64,000 nt of DNA from Bdellovibrionota bacterium. Lineage in GTDB: Bacteria; Bdellovibrionota_C; UBA2361; CALJRW01. The notes below the pieces were generated by a model, which saw nothing but the letters and a program-made list of their open reading frames with translations, did no database searches and was not told where the DNA came from. Positions within the stretch are counted from its first letter, which is position 1, and each line of letters opens with the position of its first letter. A program made the position numbers and the translations under genes. This document shows positions 58,532 through 64,000 of this stretch, in pieces. The stretch covers positions 1 through 64,000 of the forward strand of contig JBGSMD010000063.1 in NCBI GenBank assembly GCA_041740355.1, given 5' to 3'.

Positions 58532-59602
58532 CTAACCTTTTCCAGCAAGCGTACCACAGGCAGCACTAATATCAGCACCTCCCGAGTATCTTCTAACCAC
58601 AGGCTGTTTTAAGTAAATATTCAGAGAATCTCGAAATACATTCATTTCTTCCTCAGTTGGTCTCTGGTAACGATTTGTAGCATCCGTTACTTCAATTAAA
58701 TCCAATCTAACTTGGGTGTCACCAATTAACTCCCCCAAAGCTTTTGCATCCTCCTCGTAAATGTTTTCACCACTAATGCAGACATATGCGAGCATAATTC
58801 TTTCCTTACGCTTCAGGGAATAACGTCTAGCCGCCGCAATAATTTCTTTAATTGGTGTTCTTGCCGCAACTGGTACTAAGCGCTGGCGCTTTTCATCCGT
58901 TGATGCACCGATACTAATTGACAGTCGAAATGGTCGCTCTTCGTCTATAAAGCGATTAATCTTATCTAACACTCCAACAGTACTTATTGTGATCGCCTTG
59001 GAACTAATTGCATTTAGTACTGGATAGCAAAGTAGTTCAGCCGAACGGAGAACATTTTCATAATTTAAAAATGGCTCACCCATTCCCATAAATACAGCTC
59101 CCGTGACAGTGCGTCCAGAAGCTTCGGCAATCTTTCGTGCTTGTTGCAGTTGATCTACTATTTCCCAACTTTTTAAGTTTCGTTGTTTTGGCATTCTTGC
59201 CGTTGCACAGAATGTACAAGCCATAACACAACCAACTTGCGAGGAAAGACAAACAGTAACGGAATTTTCTTTATGTAATGGAATAATTACTGTTTCCACG
59301 TTTAGGTCATCAGTAGTCTTAAAAAGTAGTTTTTGAAAACCATCAAGCTCAGAGGTAACTATCTTCACTAATTGCAATGATGGTAATTTTTCTAACTCAG
59401 AGGCTCGCTGATTACTTATGATTCCAACCTTCGCCCATTCTTGGGGATCTAAATGATACCTACCAAGCACCGCGCCCAATAAACGTGCCCCATTTTTTTG
59501 ATTAATACCAAATTTTTCTAAATTTTCTAAAAAAATCTTAGGTGCGTAGTCACGAGGATCTAATAAGTTAGGATTATTATTAATTTTTAAAGCAGAAGAC
59601 AT
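58532..59602 (-). CDS. rlmN: RlmN-family radical SAM RNA methyltransferase
   Basis: SSQVGCVMACTFC, FMGMGEP, TISTVG, DISAACG; could be a paralogue. Confidence 0.8.
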   Translation of the reverse strand: MSSALKINNNPNLLDPRDYAPKIFLENLEKFGINQKNGARLLGAVLGRYHLDPQEWAKVGIISNQRASELEKLPSLQLVKIVTSELDGFQKLLFKTTDDLNVETVIIPLHKENSVTVCLSSQVGCVMACTFCATARMPKQRNLKSWEIVDQLQQARKIAEASGRTVTGAVFMGMGEPFLNYENVLRSAELLCYPVLNAISSKAITISTVGVLDKINRFIDEERPFRLSISIGASTDEKRQRLVPVAARTPIKEIIAAARRYSLKRKERIMLAYVCISGENIYEEDAKALGELIGDTQVRLDLIEVTDATNRYQRPTEEEMNVFRDSLNIYLKQPVVRRYSGGADISAACGTLAGKG

Positions 59603-59788
59603 AATTAATACTGAACAACTTCGATGAATTGATTAGCGCGACTTTGAATTTGTACTAGTCACTATTGATTGCAAATATTAAATTATAGGAACTTAGAGTT
59701 ACTGGCAAGCAAAGGGTGAACTTGAGTAAAATAAAAAACTTGGTATCCTCTGACAAGAGAGTTAATTTTGTTGTAAGTTGTTTGATTA

Positions 59789-61468
59789 ATGCCAAGTCCA
59801 GTTCCAAATAGTGGTTCCCCTGAAGATCGAGGCACAAACTCGGCTGAACCTACTAAGATCGAAACAAAAGAGATACAGCTTTATCCAACAGTCGTTAAGT
59901 TACAGATTCCGACAAATATTTTTGAAGCTAGTGCTTGGGGCAATATCGCTATTAATCACTTCAATTATGATACGACTGCCTGTGAGCTAATTCACAGAGC
60001 CGAAAGTCAATTGCCGGCACTGACAGAACTTGGTGAGCATTTTTATGAAGTAATTAACCGATCAACTTACCAATTAAACAATATTAACGACAAAGAATGG
60101 TTGCGTTTTTTAGCTGCTGGACCAAACACGTTATTAACAAATACCTCCAATCAAGATACTGTTAATCCTGTAGATGTTGCTTACGCAAATATATTATTCT
60201 CTGCTAGTTGTCTTTGCAAAGCAGACGCTGTCCAAGACCATAGCTCTAATATTTACCAACGTTGGCGAGAAGCTGGTTTTGTTACCTGTGCTCATGCCAT
60301 TATTCAACTACACGAGTCTGTGAGATTTGATTCGATAGTGGGCCCAATGCCTGTAGTACAACTGAAAGAGAAGTTATTGGCTTTAGAAAGTGAGCACCCT
60401 GGTAGATCGCTGCGCTTAGAGCGCGCGGTAGATGAACTGATTCAAAGTTTTGACACGAGTACTGACCACCTTGCTAATATTATCAAGGAGCATGGTACTA
60501 TTGGGGATAAAATCTTCTCACTATCATCAGAGACAGTTACAAAAAACTTTGAAATTACTCGTCAGAACCACCAAATTTTTGGAACACTACAAGATCAAAT
60601 TAGGGCTCAAACTACTCGGGACTCTTGGATTAATGCCGATGATCATCTGCCAAAGCTTGTGAATGCTGAAGGTGGACATTTATCATGTTTCCCTGATGCC
60701 ATCTTTCGAAGTGAGCACTTAAGAAAAGCCGCAATTGGGATGATTTGTGAAATCAATAAACAAGCAGATCAGATTATTTTGATGGGGACACGTTGGGTAG
60801 ATCCGCTAGTTAAATCTGATTTGCAAAAACGCTCCGCTCAGGATCTTGTTAATTTGATCCATTACTGGTTGGAAGATACAGATCCTAACATTACCTTAAA
60901 ATCACTCATGAACTTAACAGCAGAATCTGAATTGCTTAACGGTGTCTATACTTTTTTTAAACATTTAAAAAATAGTCATGCTAATTCTCGCGCCTCTCTC
61001 CAATTAAATATCAATCCAGATCTTACTAATCATTTTGACAAGGAAAAAGTTGTAATTATTGGTGATAATGAATGGACTAGTTTTTTTCATAATAATAAAT
61101 ATGTTTCGATTTATTTAACAAACACCAGTGCCGAAAATAAACTTGATTTCTCTCGTCCTATTAGCGAGAACTCTGGTGTTAGTTATGTTAAAGCTGCAGT
61201 TTATAATGTGGCAAATGAACCCGATCGGGGCTGTGGTGCCTGGAAAAGTTGCTATGTTTCTGGACCTGGACTTCATCAAGTAATTTCATCTGTTAAGTGG
61301 GAAAATTTTACCGAACAATTCCATCATTTTACACGCACAGGATCAATTCAAAAGGACCAGCCACATTCTGATCGCCTTCACAATCATTACGTTTTTATCC
61401 ATCATCATGAACCTGAACGGAAAAGAGTAGCCCGAATGCAACCTAAAAATCGCTTTGTAAACACCTAA
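59789..61468 (+). CDS. Hypothetical protein
   Basis: 559-aa ORF with no recognised motif and a Pro/Ser-rich N-terminus. Confidence 0.7.
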   Translation: MPSPVPNSGSPEDRGTNSAEPTKIETKEIQLYPTVVKLQIPTNIFEASAWGNIAINHFNYDTTACELIHRAESQLPALTELGEHFYEVINRSTYQLNNINDKEWLRFLAAGPNTLLTNTSNQDTVNPVDVAYANILFSASCLCKADAVQDHSSNIYQRWREAGFVTCAHAIIQLHESVRFDSIVGPMPVVQLKEKLLALESEHPGRSLRLERAVDELIQSFDTSTDHLANIIKEHGTIGDKIFSLSSETVTKNFEITRQNHQIFGTLQDQIRAQTTRDSWINADDHLPKLVNAEGGHLSCFPDAIFRSEHLRKAAIGMICEINKQADQIILMGTRWVDPLVKSDLQKRSAQDLVNLIHYWLEDTDPNITLKSLMNLTAESELLNGVYTFFKHLKNSHANSRASLQLNINPDLTNHFDKEKVVIIGDNEWTSFFHNNKYVSIYLTNTSAENKLDFSRPISENSGVSYVKAAVYNVANEPDRGCGAWKSCYVSGPGLHQVISSVKWENFTEQFHHFTRTGSIQKDQPHSDRLHNHYVFIHHHEPERKRVARMQPKNRFVNT

Positions 61469-61629
61469 CTGTTAATTAACAATATTTTAACCTAGTCCCT
61501 TAAGGGTAGCTTTAAGCCCTTTCACCATTGTACTAAACGAAATTAAAAACTAACTCTCAATGTCGTCTAGTATTTGGATGTCGATCGGGCTATTTTGAAA
61601 AACAACTCTAGATCGGATAAAGTCCTCTC

Positions 61630-62163
61630 GTGCCCAATCATAAGCTCCATCGTAATTTTAATATTATCCTGCTCTGTCCGATCGTGGTTGCTTGTCTTTA
61701 TTATTACCTACAGATTGATCTTCGGATGCTTGGAATACTAACACTTGCCTTTATCTATGCTACTTTTTTTGCGCACCCGGACTTGGACTTAGCGAACCAA
61801 ATTAAGCTTTTTTCTTTCACTGGAATATTTACCCTACCATTTAGGATTTTTTATGCTCCCTTCATTAAGCACCGTAGCAAAATCAGTCATAGTCTCCTCT
61901 GGGGAACTCCCAGCAGAATACTTGCTCTAGTACTTTTTGCTCTTCTAATAACTTTTCTCTATCTCTGCTATCAGAAACTTGGCTCTACTGGTCTTCATAA
62001 AAACGACTTGGCAACAATCTGGCAAAAGGTATTAATCATTGCCAAAGTCGCTGGTGTAAGTTCTTGGCAGCTGGCTATTCAACATCAAACTGAAATTTTC
62101 TTTGCTATAGCTGGGTTTTATTTAGCAGATCTAGGGCACTTGCTACTCGATAAATTACGATAG
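61630..62163 (+). CDS. DUF2227 family putative metal-binding membrane protein
   Basis: MP..K.H, HPDLD, HRSKISH, HLLLD. Confidence 0.85.
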   Translation: MPNHKLHRNFNIILLCPIVVACLYYYLQIDLRMLGILTLAFIYATFFAHPDLDLANQIKLFSFTGIFTLPFRIFYAPFIKHRSKISHSLLWGTPSRILALVLFALLITFLYLCYQKLGSTGLHKNDLATIWQKVLIIAKVAGVSSWQLAIQHQTEIFFAIAGFYLADLGHLLLDKLR

Positions 62164-62212
62164 TCAAAAAAAGATCTAGGAGATTCCAAAAAATAATGAT
62201 ACTTATATCAGA

Positions 62213-63148
62213 ATGCCGATTGCCTTTAGCCCGCAAACTGCTGGTTTTACTTATCCTGATGAATTCTTGGGGGCAAATCTACCGCGTCCAGCTTACCACT
62301 TAGAAGCGTCTGCTTTCCAGCCGCAACCAAGTCAAAATCAACAATCCTGTTGTCCAAGTTATATTTTTCAAAACATCCTTACTTTCGAATCCCTTCCTGC
62401 TATTGATTTAGAACAAGAACACAAGATTAGATTAATCGTGCCAACCGAAAAGATTACTTTCACAGGTCATCAATCTTATGGCCAAATTGAAATTATCGGA
62501 CAAGTTCATACTATTTATAATGAGGACACTCCAACCCTCAAGAAAATTGGAATCTGTCAGGAACAAGTCCTGCTTCATCTTCAAGCTAGAGCAACACAAA
62601 CAATTTTCGTTGAGGGACTTTGGAAAGATTTTCCCGCCCAGACCTACTCTCAAAGTCAATTTTCAGAATTTTGTTTCTACTTACTACCGAATGAGCATGC
62701 CAAAAATCATCAGCCACAAAACTTCAGCGGATTTATCAAAAACCTATTTCAGAACTTTCAGCCAGGTGCAGAATTTACTGAAGAACAAAAACTTTACTTG
62801 GGATTAATTGGAGCTCCTTATATTTACGCAATTTGTAATCCACAAGTTAGTTTAATGAAAACTATCTCATCTGAAGATGATTTGAGAATTCCTAAGCTGA
62901 TTGAACAGCATAAAAACAACTCAGAGACGGTTCATTTTTTACGTTTTGAATTACGAGAATACCTCGCGCTTCAAGAGGCAAAGAATTATCTAGAACGAAA
63001 CCCAGGGACTAGAGTTTCCATTGTCTACGGAAGCAGTCATGAGTTTCTCCCTCAGGCAGATAAGGTATTTCGTCAAAACACTCCAATAATTACCACCGTT
63101 AAATGGAGCTCGCTAGAAAACAAGCTAGGGTGGGACAATGCCGCCTAG
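62213..63148 (+). CDS. Hypothetical protein with ChaN/EreA/TIKI-like motif order
   Basis: IIGQVH, IFVEG, ELRE and IVYGSSH. Confidence 0.55.
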   Translation: MPIAFSPQTAGFTYPDEFLGANLPRPAYHLEASAFQPQPSQNQQSCCPSYIFQNILTFESLPAIDLEQEHKIRLIVPTEKITFTGHQSYGQIEIIGQVHTIYNEDTPTLKKIGICQEQVLLHLQARATQTIFVEGLWKDFPAQTYSQSQFSEFCFYLLPNEHAKNHQPQNFSGFIKNLFQNFQPGAEFTEEQKLYLGLIGAPYIYAICNPQVSLMKTISSEDDLRIPKLIEQHKNNSETVHFLRFELREYLALQEAKNYLERNPGTRVSIVYGSSHEFLPQADKVFRQNTPIITTVKWSSLENKLGWDNAA

Positions 63149-63181
63149 TTTTAAGTAATCCGTTAAAAGTGAATTTCAGCT

Positions 63182-63210
63182 GACAACCTTTCCGACACTC
63201 CAGTCGTCTA
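63182..63210 (+). promoter_or_regulatory. ECF-sigma-type promoter (likely autoregulatory)
   Basis: GACAAC-N17-CGTCTA directly upstream of the ECF sigma gene. Confidence 0.6.
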
Positions 63211-63228
63211 GTAAAATGAAGTCAATAC

Positions 63229-63690
63229 ATGAACTATAATCAACTGGTCGAAGAGCATTACGAAGCGGTATATAGATTTTGTTATTATTTTATGGGTTCT
63301 AAGCAAGATGCTGAAGACCTGACTCAAGAAGTCTTCATAAAAGCTAATAAAAAACTATCAACACTGCAATCAGAGTCCTCAGCTAAAAGCTGGTTACTTC
63401 AGATTGCCCGCAACAAGTGTATCGACCGGAAACGTTGGTGGAAAAGACTCTTTGCTTTAAAGGAGCAAGTTGGTGCAATCCAACTACAGAGCAGTCACTC
63501 TCCAGATATGAAAATCATGTTGGAGAAAGCACTGAACTTGCTTTCTGCTAGGCAAAAAGAAGTTTTCATTTGTAGACATTTTATGGACTACAGCACAGAA
63601 CAAACCGCGGAGCTTCTAGGAATTAATTCCGGGAGTGTAAAATCTCACCTGAGTCGCGCAATTGAAAAAATGAGTAAGGAATTGGAATAA
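63229..63690 (+). CDS. ECF RNA polymerase sigma factor
   Basis: DAEDLTQEVF, SWLLQIARN, region 4 LGINSGSVKSHLSRA. Confidence 0.95.
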   Translation: MNYNQLVEEHYEAVYRFCYYFMGSKQDAEDLTQEVFIKANKKLSTLQSESSAKSWLLQIARNKCIDRKRWWKRLFALKEQVGAIQLQSSHSPDMKIMLEKALNLLSARQKEVFICRHFMDYSTEQTAELLGINSGSVKSHLSRAIEKMSKELE

Positions 63691-63695
63691 ATTAG

Positions 63696-64000
63696 ATGGA
63701 TAATGAATTAAAAGAGATTTGGAAAAATCATTTAAGTCCGAAAAAGCTAGAGCAACTAGAAATAGAATTAGCTGACGTAAAACACATTACTGTTCCAGTA
63801 AATCTAAAAGTTAAACTTACTAACATTAAACGACCTAACTATTCTTTTCGCTATTCAGCTCTTGCACTTTCTGCGACTTGTATATTGATGTTGGTAATTT
63901 TTAATTTTAAACCTCAGGAAAATTATCAGGCAAGTTTAAGTTCCCCAAGAAACTCTTCGGAAAAAACAGAGCTTGATTCATTACTTAATTTCTATCTGGA
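63696..64000 (+). CDS. Putative anti-sigma factor (partial, runs off the window)
   Basis: ATG 5 nt after the sigma stop; open to the window end (MDNELKEIW...) with a single TM segment YSALALSATCILMLVIF. Confidence 0.65.
   Translation, partial: MDNELKEIWKNHLSPKKLEQLEIELADVKHITVPVNLKVKLTNIKRPNYSFRYSALALSATCILMLVIFNFKPQENYQASLSSPRNSSEKTELDSLLNFYL

Noticed and set aside
966-62807. Many 60-110 aa ORFs overlapping long genes (e.g. 966, 1209, 5711, 7576, 12863, 17519, 30551, 40347, 54068, 62478)
   Set aside because: These are antisense or alternative-frame shadows of well-supported genes, with no independent motifs.
1-64000. Alternative genetic code, frameshifting or stop readthrough
   Set aside because: Conserved genes are full length under code 11, TGA acts as a stop (e.g. 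zwf, hisC), and no split conserved gene was seen.

Overview
AT-rich bacterial chromosomal window using genetic code 11. It is probably from a diderm organism (TolC-type lipoprotein, type IV prepilins); taxonomy cannot be fixed from sequence alone. Recognisable blocks: (1) a ~15 kb sugar/trehalose cluster (2-hydroxyacid dehydrogenase, zwf, GH1, GH31, otsB, GH65-betaPGM fusion, divergent TPS fused to an apparently dead phosphatase, hexokinase-family kinase); (2) a DapL-type lysine cluster; (3) a TetR/DCC1/YfcH/DUF1990 unit; (4) hisC-hisB behind a degenerate 2-oxoacid dehydrogenase E1-like gene; (5) rnc-der followed by a 979-aa protein with about 10 divergent annexin-like repeats; (6) murL-murD2; (7) CYTH, tal, zupT; (8) a Ser/Ser/Ser/Arg tRNA cluster with duplicated 3' fragments; (9) an S8 protease, MacAB-TolC, minor pilins, an RlmN-like gene and an ECF sigma pair. 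The most unusual non-coding signal is a nested system of interspersed palindromic repeats: TATAG-ended MITE-like elements, a multi-hairpin scaffold with covarying stems, and a 30-nt REP-like unit that sits in hairpin loops, including one filled/empty site pair. No transposase, integrase, CRISPR array or rRNA was seen. All protein family calls come from motif recognition by eye, not database searches.
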